64,000 nt of DNA from Marsupella aquatica (lineage: Eukaryota; Plantae; Marchantiophyta). A model generated the notes under the pieces. That model searched no databases and was not told where the DNA came from. It was given only the letters and a program-made list of their open reading frames with translations. The DNA lies in assembly GCA_973895155.1 (NCBI GenBank), contig OZ316891.1, forward strand, positions 15,965,037 through 16,029,036, written 5' to 3'. Below are positions 38,601 through 49,264 of this stretch, piece by piece (within the stretch, counting starts at the first letter, position 1; each line of letters starts with the position of its first letter). A program made the position numbers and the translations under genes.

Positions 38601-39355
38601 GAATTAAGAAGGTCGGATATCCTTCAAATGCAGGGGTTGTCGGAATAGTCGTCAAAGGTTACCGCTTATTTAGAGGTGAACACCATCCAGAGCTTGTCTG
38701 GTTCTGCCCCACTCGTGATTGCTGGAAGAGCCGCCCTCGTCAAGGTATTGTGAACCTCCCTACTTGCCCAGACTTTTTGCCAGTACAGAAAGGCACTCGT
38801 CTTTCAAGTCTGGAGTTGAATTTCCTTCACGAGCAGGGAATTGAAGTCTCGAGAGGAGGTGCTATTTCACGTTGTCCTTCTCCATTTGAACTGAGAATCA
38901 ACATTGACGTTTTCCCTGAAAAGATCGATCTTGCACAAGTCAACATCCATTTTCAAACAAGAAACGGGCGTGCGATGATCTCCAGATCAAATCTCACTCA
39001 GGAATATCATAAAAGGATTGAATCAGCAACGAAAAAAACAATGACTTTGATCAAAACTATGGAAGTTTCATCAGGAAATTCATACGGAAAACAATTCCAG
39101 ATACGCACACATGCACATTTACGAACTGCAAATACTTATTCGGTGCAGATTTGCATTTTCCCTTGTTGCTCTTGTGAAGATTTCTTTCGTCGACATTCTC
39201 GAGGGAAACCTTTCATGCCATGTAAACACTTGTACTGGGTTTACAAAGTTATCTGCAAGCTTGATCCTGTGGACAATATCCTCCCAAGCCAACCGATTCT
39301 TACCATTGCGGAACTGCGTTATATTCTAGCGAGGCAGAATGCTGATGGTTTATAG
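35601..39355 (+). pseudogene. MULE transposase A3, nearly intact (one premature TAG seen), 2 exons
   Basis: ATG 35601 (MSRIIG). TAG at 36285 where A2 has Trp. GCM-like CSGSLECRNRAC...HMGVHNHP, then WVSFD, FMADNA, DAFH; intron 37632-37861; PNCTGSEAVHG; SWIM CSCEDF..PCKH. Confidence 0.88.
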
Positions 39356-40168
39356 GAAGGCTTAGTATTCTTGTTTACGTTCAACGGGTATGTTGGACTT
39401 GTCGTTTTGTAACGGTAACCTTGTTTTGGTTAGCGCCCGGTGCTAGTAAACAACATTTGGTTTCTTTTCAACACGGCTCAATGTTTTGTGGGTTGCACAA
39501 AAAACTAAATTTGTTTTTACAATTTTACGGATGTGTAAATTTCATTGTACGGGTCACTTGGACTTCAATTTTGTCACTTGGACTTCAGTTTTGTTAGCGC
39601 CCGGCGCTAGACTTCATTTCCTTACTTGGTTTCAGTTTGTAGTTTCCAGGTCTGAACGTGTGGATTTCTTTCGCATGCATTTTCGAGGATGACCTTTTCT
39701 TGCCTTAGAAACCGTTATCCTCTGATCATTCCGGTAGATGTTGAGCGGGTATTTTGTTAATGATATTTTGTAACGGTATCGAACGCTTGGTTAGGACTAA
39801 GCGCTAGTAAAGGCATCTTCCGATAATTGTCGTTTTCCCCATCTTTTTGAGTTGATGTTGAATTTGACCTCTTTGGTTTGGGTCAAAATTAAGCCGTTTT
39901 TTGTCAATGATAGTACAAATTCTCTTGTTTTGTTCAACTATTTTTCCTGTTATGATCATCACTGTTTCCTGTTTCTTGTCACGGAGGTCGGGCCCTCCTA
40001 AAACTAGAAGTTGACGCGACCTCCTCCACTTAGACACCTGTAAATGAACAATTCGATTCTCATATTATGCAATTGCAAACAACCACGCGACCGGGCGCGT
40101 CACTCCCAAAATATAAAGTTCAATTTCAATCAATTTATAAATAATAATTGATAATAAACAATAAACGT

Positions 40169-40939
40169 TTACTTATTGGACTTATCCCGGGCTTCTATAG
40201 CACGGTCTTTTTCGGCAAATAAGTATTTCATAAATTCGTCAAACTTTTCTAAATGGTCTTTATTCCCCTGATTACGAATGATCACATTTCTCCTCCAATG
40301 ATTCATCTTATCAATATAATCTCTCTCAAGATTTTCTTGAGAGAACGTTGGAATCCCATATCCACTAAGGAGCTCGTGGAATGTCAACTTGTCAATTGAC
40401 ATGTCGCATAGATATGGATATAGTTTCTTTCTAAAAAATAGGTCATCATCGAGCCCAGAATATGCATCGGGATACAACGATGAATAGAAGTCATTAAGGC
40501 TCGTCTTATACGCAGCATCATCGATAAGAATGACATTCTCGATGTTGTAATCTTTAATATCGGCGGCAATGTTGGAGAGACATTTGACAAATAAGGGGAT
40601 GTCATTATTATTCTTTCCAATAAGTTGAGTTGATTCTTGTCCCCATATAAATTTAATACGTTTCAAAACTTCGGGTCGAAGTATCAGCCTTACACAAGAT
40701 AGAATATTCCGTTTGAACATGCACGACCAGATCGCAATATCGTATAGATCTGCCACCTTCTCAAGAAATTCCATGAAATCAGGCCTTGGATAGATAACCT
40801 TGTGCATCTGTCTCACACCCCATGACCGAATGGGCATCCCAGGGCTGATCTTCTCTGACCAGATAAGTACCCGATTCAGATTGAAAATTACAAGTCTCTT
40901 TTGAACCGGTGACTTCTTTGCCGATGGATCAGGCGCCAT
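40169..40939 (-). CDS. FCP1/NIF-like (CTD small phosphatase-like) HAD domain exon
   Basis: KRLVIFNLNRVLI (degenerate DxD/DLNG), YPRPDFMEFL, IAIWSC, FVKCL, NVILIDD. Confidence 0.75.
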   Translation of the reverse strand: MAPDPSAKKSPVQKRLVIFNLNRVLIWSEKISPGMPIRSWGVRQMHKVIYPRPDFMEFLEKVADLYDIAIWSCMFKRNILSCVRLILRPEVLKRIKFIWGQESTQLIGKNNNDIPLFVKCLSNIAADIKDYNIENVILIDDAAYKTSLNDFYSSLYPDAYSGLDDDLFFRKKLYPYLCDMSIDKLTFHELLSGYGIPTFSQENLERDYIDKMNHWRRNVIIRNQGNKDHLEKFDEFMKYLFAEKDRAIEARDKSNK

Positions 40940-41118
40940 CTATACCTGTGATGTTTGTGCCGCAGGGTTTGGAGAACATACTAGAACGATCTGTTTGTTT
41001 CCCACCTCCGAACGGTCACCGGACTTCCGGACTGGTGCCTTCGATACTCGATCAGGGGGTTTCAGGATAGGCTTCTGTAAAACATTAAGAAATGAAAATA
41101 AGTTTATAACGCGAACAG

Positions 41119-41955
41119 TCACGTGACTACAAAGAGAGACACTGAAATGAAGTGTATTACCTGTACAAGACGGTTATTTAGTGTTGGAATTCTGCCAGAA
41201 ATGTCAATCATAGCAGCACGGATCCCGGTAACTAGGTTACTTAGGGACGTCGGCTTGCGGAAGTCCATGTCAAATAACGACAAGACTATCTCCCTACGGA
41301 ATTTCTCAATTTGATCCGCGGCAAAATTAATTTTGTTTCCTTGACACAAGCACTTGGCGTATCTCAAGATAAACACACCACAACTGTGGCCGTCACTCTG
41401 GTGAGGAATATCATTCCGATATATCCGTTCCCAACCTAAGAGATCCAAGTTGACACCAGTTCTCCAGCCAATTTCGTCGGCGTAGTACTTCCCAACAATA
41501 TCTAACACCCCAGGATTTTGTTGATTATGAACTAGAGAATCTAGGTACTCGAGCCGTTTCTCCTTCGGATACACAACTACCAATGACCAATGTTCTTTCA
41601 CAGCATTGTGTACTGGAAAGACCAGTTTGTCGTATTCACTGATTTTTAGCGGAAACTCCTTTGTCCAAGCTGCTCTCTCCTCATCGAAAATGGTAGGATC
41701 CATGGAGAGAAGCTCAAAATGGTGTGTTTGGAAGAATTTGACAAGGTCTGACTTTCCAACTCTATCGAGAATCAGTTCGAGAAAACTCAAATAAGCGTTA
41801 ATTATATCATCGGTGAGCAACTCGCGCTGTCTCAGACACATCATATGTTTCCTCTTGATCGAGTGTTGTAAGAACTTGGTCAATAGCTCTTCCATATCCT
41901 TAGAAGGATCAAGGCATTGATCTATTCGACTAGCCAAATTTTCAAAAAACTGCAA
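41119..41955 (-). CDS. Ulp1/C48 SUMO-protease domain exon
   Basis: LTDDIINAYL, FPVH..EHWSLVVV, YLDSL, PHQSDGHSCGVFIL. The His-Asp-Cys triad and oxyanion Gln are present. Confidence 0.9.
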   Translation of the reverse strand: MQFFENLASRIDQCLDPSKDMEELLTKFLQHSIKRKHMMCLRQRELLTDDIINAYLSFLELILDRVGKSDLVKFFQTHHFELLSMDPTIFDEERAAWTKEFPLKISEYDKLVFPVHNAVKEHWSLVVVYPKEKRLEYLDSLVHNQQNPGVLDIVGKYYADEIGWRTGVNLDLLGWERIYRNDIPHQSDGHSCGVFILRYAKCLCQGNKINFAADQIEKFRREIVLSLFDMDFRKPTSLSNLVTGIRAAMIDISGRIPTLNNRLVQVIHFISVSLFVVT

Positions 41956-42959
41956 AAAACAGAGATTTCAGTACGCCTTCAAATAACGTACTGAGGTTGT
42001 AGCCTAAGGGTTCTACCTCAGAAAACAGAAACAATAACAAATCAATAATAAAATAATGACGTCTATAATAGAAACTTTAAGCTTATAGCTTGCAAATGAC
42101 CTTTGGATTGGGTGGATCCGGCCTTTTCGCAGCTGATCTCTTGGGTGCCTCAATCGCAACAACATCCTTCAGCCCTCCTCGAGACCACAGTGATCGCTCC
42201 ACCGGACCAGTTTGTGAAGTTTGGAGCGATGAGGCGGGAAGACCTTCAAATGGTTGTGGCATTTGATTCAAATATTCCACAATCTGGGAATCCGATTCCA
42301 AAATATCCGGTGCCACAATTTCTGCGTGAGTGACCTCTGCAATATATCGGGGTCGAGACCACAAACCCGGTCGCGTCAAGTCAGCTATTAGTCTCTTAAC
42401 GACTTGAGCCGAGTCTGGTGCCAAAGACGTTCCCAGGTCTTGCACTCGATTCTCGGAAAAGCGAACATTATTGATGATTGTCTCCATTCTGGATGCAATG
42501 GCAGTCTTCTCCTCGGTAATCAAAAGACCCTTCCAATATTGCAAAGCAAGGACTGCTTGGACTCGGAGCTGCTCCGGTGAATATTTATTCCAATCATCCA
42601 ACAAGACCATACTTAAGGGTGGATCGTTAAATTCAAACTCCGGGCGAAGAAAATAGTCTAATATTTTCTTCTTAACTACAACTGAGGGTGAAGGAAGAAG
42701 GCTTCTTCAAATTCAGCTTTGTTTTCGATAGACGTTGTGCCTCAGGAATAAGCAAAAGATCCTTGGCCCTCTCGGCCTCCTTCCTCGTTGCCTCCAGTCT
42801 TGCGGCTTCTTCTCTCTCCAGTCTTGCGGAATTGACCTTTTCCGCCTCCAACTTCTCCGCCTCCACCCTCTCCGGTCTTGCGGTCTCGTCCGCCATCCTC
42901 TCGGCCAGTAGCCTCTCAGCCGCCACACTCTCCGCCTTGGCCCTATTTGCCTGTCGCTA

Positions 42960-43970
42960 AAAGGACTCTCGCAGCCTCCACTTTCTCAGCCTGGGCTTTC
43001 TCAGCCTCCGCGTTCTCAGCCTTCGCTTTCTTGGCCTCCGCTTCCTCCGCCTCCGCTTTCTCAGCCTGGGCTTTCTCCGCCTCCGCTTTCTCAGCTTGGG
43101 CTTTCTCAGCCTCGGCTTTCTCAGTCTGGGCTTTCTCAGCCTCCGCTTTCTCAGCCTCGGCTTTCTCCACCTCCGCTTTCTCATCCTGGGCTTTCTCAGC
43201 CTTGGCTTTCTCCGCCTGGGCTTTCTCACCCTAGGCTTTCTCAGCCTGCGCTTTCTCAGCCTCGGCTTTCTCAGCCTCGGCTTTCTCAGCCTCGGCTTTC
43301 TCAGCCTCGGCTTTCTCCGCCTGGGCTTTCTCACCCTGGGCTTTCTCAGCCTGCGCTTTCTCAGCCTGGGCATTCTCAGCCTGGGATTTCTCAGCCTCGG
43401 CTTTCTCAGTCTAGGCTTTCTCAGCCTCGGCTTTCTCCTTCTTCTTTGCGGCAGTTGCTTTTCTAGCTGCCGCCTTTTTCTTCTTAGCCTCCTTCTTTTG
43501 AAGCTCCTCTTGCCGGGCCGCCTCTTGTCGGGATGCCTCCTCCTGCCGGGCCGCCTCCTTCTTTTGAAGCTCCTCTTGCCGGGCCGCCTCCTGCTGGGCC
43601 TCCTCCATCCGGGCCTCCTCCTGCCGGGCCGCCTCCTCTCTGGCCTCCTCCTGCCGGGCCACCTCCTCTTGGTCCACCTCATGTTGAGGCTCCTGTGTGG
43701 CCTCTTCATCAGAGTCCTCAGCGTCCTCAGAACCCTCCATCTCCTCGTCCTCTTCATCAGCGTCCTCAGCGTCCTTCATCTCCTCTTCGTCACTCTCTTC
43801 ATCTCCTCTATTGTCGGAATCTTCAACGTTGTTCTACGTATCGGTCATCCACTCTAGATCTTGGTCATTGACATCCCCATCCACGTCACCTTCCGCGTCA
43901 CCTTCCCCCTCACCATCCGCATCACCATTGCTCCCTGCATCCTCAACATCGAAGCCGCAGTCAACTTGAT
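42960..43970 (-). repeat. Coding low-complexity region: 15-nt tandem repeats (EKAEA/EKAQA), EEAARQ repeats and an acidic D/E tract
   Basis: Repeated CTTTCTCAGCCTCGG-type units at 42980-43440 on the + strand. Translations 42943-43170 and 43411-43779. Confidence 0.8.
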
Positions 43971-44481
43971 CTGAATAAAATCAGATCATTTGATAAGAAT
44001 GACTCACGCGCATATTCGCGTGAAAAGAAATGTTAAGAATGTCCACGCGCATGTTTGCGTGACGCAATAAAAAGTAAGAGGTTTCAAAAGTAACCTACCT
44101 TGGATTGGCCCACTAGGGTACTCCGTTGGTTGAATGTACAATCGATCAGAATCTTTAGAGAGTGCATACTCTTGCAATAATTGATTACAAATATTATCAG
44201 GGATATGTTATTCGCGGAGGACATCCAAAACATCAGCCCTGAGAGCAGTTACGGATGGACGGTACTTCATTAATTTATCTATACATTTTTCTATACTAGC
44301 CCGTACTGGGTCAATCAATGACAGCGTTGTATCAATTGTCGTCGTGGTATGTTGCAAGAAACAAGACAACTCCCTATGCGTTGTCACAGGGCAATAATAT
44401 TTTACATTGGATCCAGCATCCTGTAAAAAAAGCCGAAATTAGTTCACAATATTAATTGAGAATATAATAATCTAAATAATC

Positions 44482-47198
44482 TTAAAATCGAAACCCCAAA
44501 ATATAAATCTCAAAACTTACCATTAAGCACTGGATCAAGTTCGTTCCCTCACCAAAGCATATAGCCCATTCCCCACATTGGACAAATTGACTAACAATAC
44601 TTTCAAAGAATGGAAGTATCTTTTCTGGGGAAGGTGTCGTGAACTCGCCGCTCTCTTCAAAATTGGCTATCTTCTCAATCCGATATTTGGAGACCAATTG
44701 GAACTCGAGGGCTTGTGGATCGCCCATTGTGCTGAAGGCCAAGCTGTGAAAAGCGTAGGTTACAATAAGCTTCTTCTCCTTCGGCCGCTTCTGAATATAA
44801 TGGCTATCGACAGCAACGTAGTGTGTGTACTTCCCTAATTCCCGTTTGATTAAGTAAGACTCAATGGGAGAGGCTACAATAATAACCACATGGTGTGGTT
44901 TTGCCCCTATCTCGCTAGTAGCACGAAATAACCCCTCATAGAATGAGCAATTTGGCGGACGCAAATCTTCCATTGATGAGGGATCAAAATAAATCAAGCT
45001 TGCAAGGTTCTTGTCTTCACGTATGATACAGTCTGCAAACCCAGCATTTTGTATATCCTACAGGGATCGCAATTTCAGCCTCTCACCGACCGGCCGCACT
45101 AGTTGGTTTCCTTGACTATCAACTGATTTCTGTATTCCTTCCACCAACCTGTAGAATATCGGGTCGATCTCTTTCAACAAATTATCATTACTAATATTTA
45201 TATTTAAGCACTTCTTCAGATAACCACTCAACGCATCTCTCAACTGCTTCAGCACCATCTTGTCAAGCTTAAAGCGATCAATCATTCCTTTGACCCGCAA
45301 TTTCCGTGCTGAATCTGTCAGACTTTTCAGCTCCGTTCGGGTGGATGTATCCCCGTTGAGTTTACTCAATAATAAAATCTCAAACTCAACTTTCATCTTC
45401 TTCTTTATACAGAATTGCTCCAAACTCATGCTGGTCGTTGACAACACTGGAGCCTCAGAGGACTTCCTCGCCTTCCCAGATTTCACTTTGATGCTTTGGT
45501 TTTTGAGTATAGACAGTCTTCCGCTCAACATATATTCCGCTGCCTTTCGAAGAACCGAGTCTGAGCACCCTTGACAAGAACGGAACGTCTTCTTCAAAAG
45601 ATGATAAGCACATGGATTATCCACAATTTTGACGGCGCCCCTCTGTAAAATTCCGTTGTAAATTACAAGCTCTCCTATCCTTGATAGTACGTAGACCTCC
45701 ATCCACTTCTTGAATGTTTCGTCCTCCATTGTAAAGAGAAACGGAGCCAATTCTCCAAATTTCATCATTTCGTTCTTCCCCATTTGAGCCCATGGGCAAA
45801 CAAAACTCGTAGCTCTCATAAATACCTGAAAAACAATGGAAACATGACAATTCTAAGATTGACGCGACCGTTCGCGTGAGAAAAATTATAAGCTTGACGC
45901 GATCGTTCGTGTGACAAAAGTTTAAACGATAATGTGATCGAAGAGGGTTATTTATATACCTTCCAATTTGGATGACGATAATGTGATCCAGGCCGCCCAA
46001 ATGAGTTCCAGATATTACGACACTGTCGTACAATGGTGAGAAACTGTCCTTCTTCCATTGATGTTTGATGACAGTGGTTCAGAGCTTTCGATAATCCCAT
46101 CAAATGAACATTATTGTCGTTGTTGAGCGTTGCCCAAAACATTACAGCTTCTACAGTACCGCAAGTGTCTCGTCCAACTTGGCTGACTTTGTCGTCCTCT
46201 TTCAGCAATTTGTACGCCATTATTGTGTGCTAGCCTCCGAGTATCCAAAAATGACTGGTCATAATGTCCTCCTCCTTTGGCGCCGAATCGTAGGGTGCCC
46301 CATTGTAGTCGGGATCTCTGTCGGCCTCCGACTGAACCCACTTCACAGGGACTAAAAAGCAGCATCGCTTTTCAAACTTTATAGCCGAATGAGAGAGGAG
46401 TGAATTCTTTAGCCTATCTGTGTAATCCTGGTTCCACTCTCGGCACTTGATGTGGTCCGGTGCAAGATGACAACGTGATGTCTCAACAAAAAATGACTTG
46501 CTGTTAAATATATTCACAACATTATATTCTTTGAGGAAAGAATCGAACAGAGCCCTGACATTCGCTGAGGTAATTACTTTCGGAAGATTCTCCACCGAGT
46601 ATACTTCAACCTTGGTCACTGGCGGGGCCTTTCCCAAGCGAAATCCCTGGTTGAAAGGAACTCTCTGGAACTCAAGTACATCAATAATGTATTGACAAAT
46701 CAAATCTCCCGTTGATCCCTCTGGATCGGAAGGGTATCCCACACTAGTAACCTTTTCCAAGGCGTGCCTTGCACCTAGAAGATCATCGATTCTGGGCTGA
46801 TTGAAGGTTACATATTGCGTTCGATCCAAACAAATGCTTATTTTGTCCTCCTACTGGTCGTCGCTGACTAGCAGAACCAATCCCTCTGTACACTCTTTAA
46901 CTTTCATGCTCTTCTCAAAGAAACACCCAAGAATTTGTGATCTCTCCAAAACTGTAGCTTTATCATTTTTTGCCACCACAAGACGGACAGCCCCATTGCG
47001 AACAACTATTCCAAAATTGGATATCTCAGTCGATTCAAAGAGATGGATACTCTTTGTCTCCGTTGTTCTCTCTTTGATTGACTTTCCTCGATATGCAAGT
47101 ATGGATGTCTCCGCGGGAGTCATTTTTGTCTTGGCTTTCTTACGAGAAGCAGCTTAAGACGAGTTTTTTTCCCGCTTTGAAGTTCCAGTAGGATCCAT
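44482..47198 (-). CDS. ParB-like N-terminal region and degenerate MTase-like region of gene B
   Basis: CREWNQDYTDRLKNSL...FWILGG*HT (stop probably from Gln; GGxH ParB-like). Downstream LIYFDPSS...FFESIVSQFVQCGEWAICFGEG weakly parallels the MTase motif IV to motif I order. Confidence 0.5.
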
Positions 47199-49264
47199 TC
47201 TGAAACAGACAAATATTGAAAGTTAAATGTTTATTATAAAATACTAACACACGCATGGTCGTGTCATGCCGAATTACATTTTAGGATGGCAGTGGTGTTC
47301 CCCATGGATCAAAAAGCAGTACGATCCTTCTTGGGCTGTGTAGGGTATTACCGTCAGTTCATTAAAGATTTTGCTAAAATAGCTTTGCCCCTAACAGAGA
47401 TGATGAAAAAGGATGCGGTGATCGAGGAGACCCCAAGGAGACGGGTTGCTTTCGAAGAACTCCGTAAAAGACTCACCACCGCACCTATCATGGTCACTCC
47501 AGACTGGAACAAGGAGTTCCACGTGTATGTCGACGTGTCAGGGTTTTGTATCGGGTTTGTGCTTAGTCAGCTTGATACAGACGGACGCGATCACCCCATC
47601 TACTTCGCTAGCCGACAATTATTCACAGCCGAAAAAAATTATTCCCCCACGGATCGAGAGGCACTGGGCATAATCTACTCATGTAAGAAGTTCCGGCACT
47701 ACCTGCTTGGCTACAAGGTCATCTTCCACACGGATCACGATAGCTTGAAGTACATGGTCAACAAAGCAGACGTAACGGGACGGATAGCCCGTTGCTACTT
47801 CTCCAGGAATTTAACTACAAAGTTCGGGTTCGGCCAGGAAAGGCACACCTCAATGCCGACTTCTTTTCACGGCTGGACGGTGTACCAGTCGATCAGCCAA
47901 TTGATGATATTTTTCCGGATAAGGAGTTGTTCCACGTAGGGGAGGGGACACCAACATGGTATGGCTCGATAATCACCTTCCTTTTAACAGGCTGCATCCC
48001 TAACGACATCAATCAGGAGGCCGCCGCTGTGTTTCTACGGAAAGCCGGGCCTTACGTCATGGTACAGGGTCACCTACATAAGGAAGGAGTTAATGGGAAG
48101 TTACGACGCTGCTTGGAGTATAAGGAGACGCTTATCGTGATGCGGGCCTTGCATGAAGAAGAAGCTGGAGGCCATTTTGCGGCGGTCACGACAGCTCGAA
48201 AGATTCTGGACTCGGGGTATTGGTGGCCAACGTTGCATCGGGATGTACAACGCTTCATTAAGGGCTGTGACCTGTGTCAGCGGGCTGGGGCCCCGAGACG
48301 GGCTCATCATCACCCGCTCACATCTGTGCTCCCATTGGCACCCTTCAAAAAATGGGGAATTGATTATATCGGGCCATTTACTCCCGTTACCCAAAGGCGA
48401 AGATGCAGGTACATCCTACTAGCTATTGATTACTCCACCAAGTGGGTCGAAGCACGGGCTACGGTAAAGGACGATGCCGCAACCAGTGCCAGATTCTTAT
48501 ATGAACAGATTTTCACCCGATTCGGCCCGCCCTTAGAATTGGTAAGCGACCGTGGAACCCACTTCCTCAATGACACCGTAGCCCAGCTTACGGAGCATTA
48601 CCTAGTCAAGCACCGCAAGACTACCCTGTATCATCCTAAAGCCAACGGGATGGCGGAGAGGGCAAATGGTATCATTGGGAAGATCCTCAACAGAACTGTA
48701 GCTGCGCACAAAACGGATTGGGATGATAAGTTGTACGCAGTGGTGTACTCGTATAATCTCGCTTACAAAACTACTACGAGTCACAGCCTGTACTTTCTCG
48801 TGTTCGGCCAACATTCGTTAGTGCCCGTTGAGTTTGAAGTACACACTCCACGAGTCAGCATTCGGGGTCGCTTACCTGAATCTGAAAGTTCGTCAGACCG
48901 AGCTTATCAGATTGAAGCCTTGGAAGAAGCACGGCTACTAGCAGCTCGACATGCCGTGAAGAAACAGGCAACTTCGAAGAAGCAGCACGACAAAGGACTA
49001 CGGAGGGTCGACGTCGTGGCAGGCGATCTAGTCCTTCTGTACGATAGTAGGTACATGCAGTTTCTAGGGAAGCTTCATACCCGGTGGTTAGGGCCCTTCC
49101 TTGTCAATCAGATCTACCGTAACGGATCTTTGGAGCTTGCGACGTATGCCGGCAATTTACTCCCCACGCGAATCAGCTACGATCGTGTAAAAAAGTACCA
49201 CCATCAAGATGACGCCGCCGAGAGTGATGTTCGCGAGGACGCTTCACAATTAAGCGGGGAGCTA

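Larger units (their letters stand above)
39804..47198 (-). pseudogene. Gene B: multi-exon ParB-like / MTase-like / acidic-EAEKA linker / Ulp1 protease / FCP1-like phosphatase gene, decayed
   Basis: ATG 47198 preceded by a splice acceptor. Consecutive same-strand ORFs are joined by GT-AG introns (~45830-45959, 44425-44519, 43973-44098, 41953-42099, 41078-41160, 40040-40173) or by in-frame TAG stops (46851, 46230, 40940). Confidence 0.6.

Noticed and set aside
39600-39810. Right terminus of copy A3
   Set aside because: No convincing ...TATACCC end or TSD found. The A3 end appears deleted at the junction with gene B.
42957-43857. Arg/Lys-rich (266 aa) and Leu-rich membrane-like (253 aa) ORFs
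   Set aside because: Alternative frames or antisense of the EAEKA repeat in gene B.
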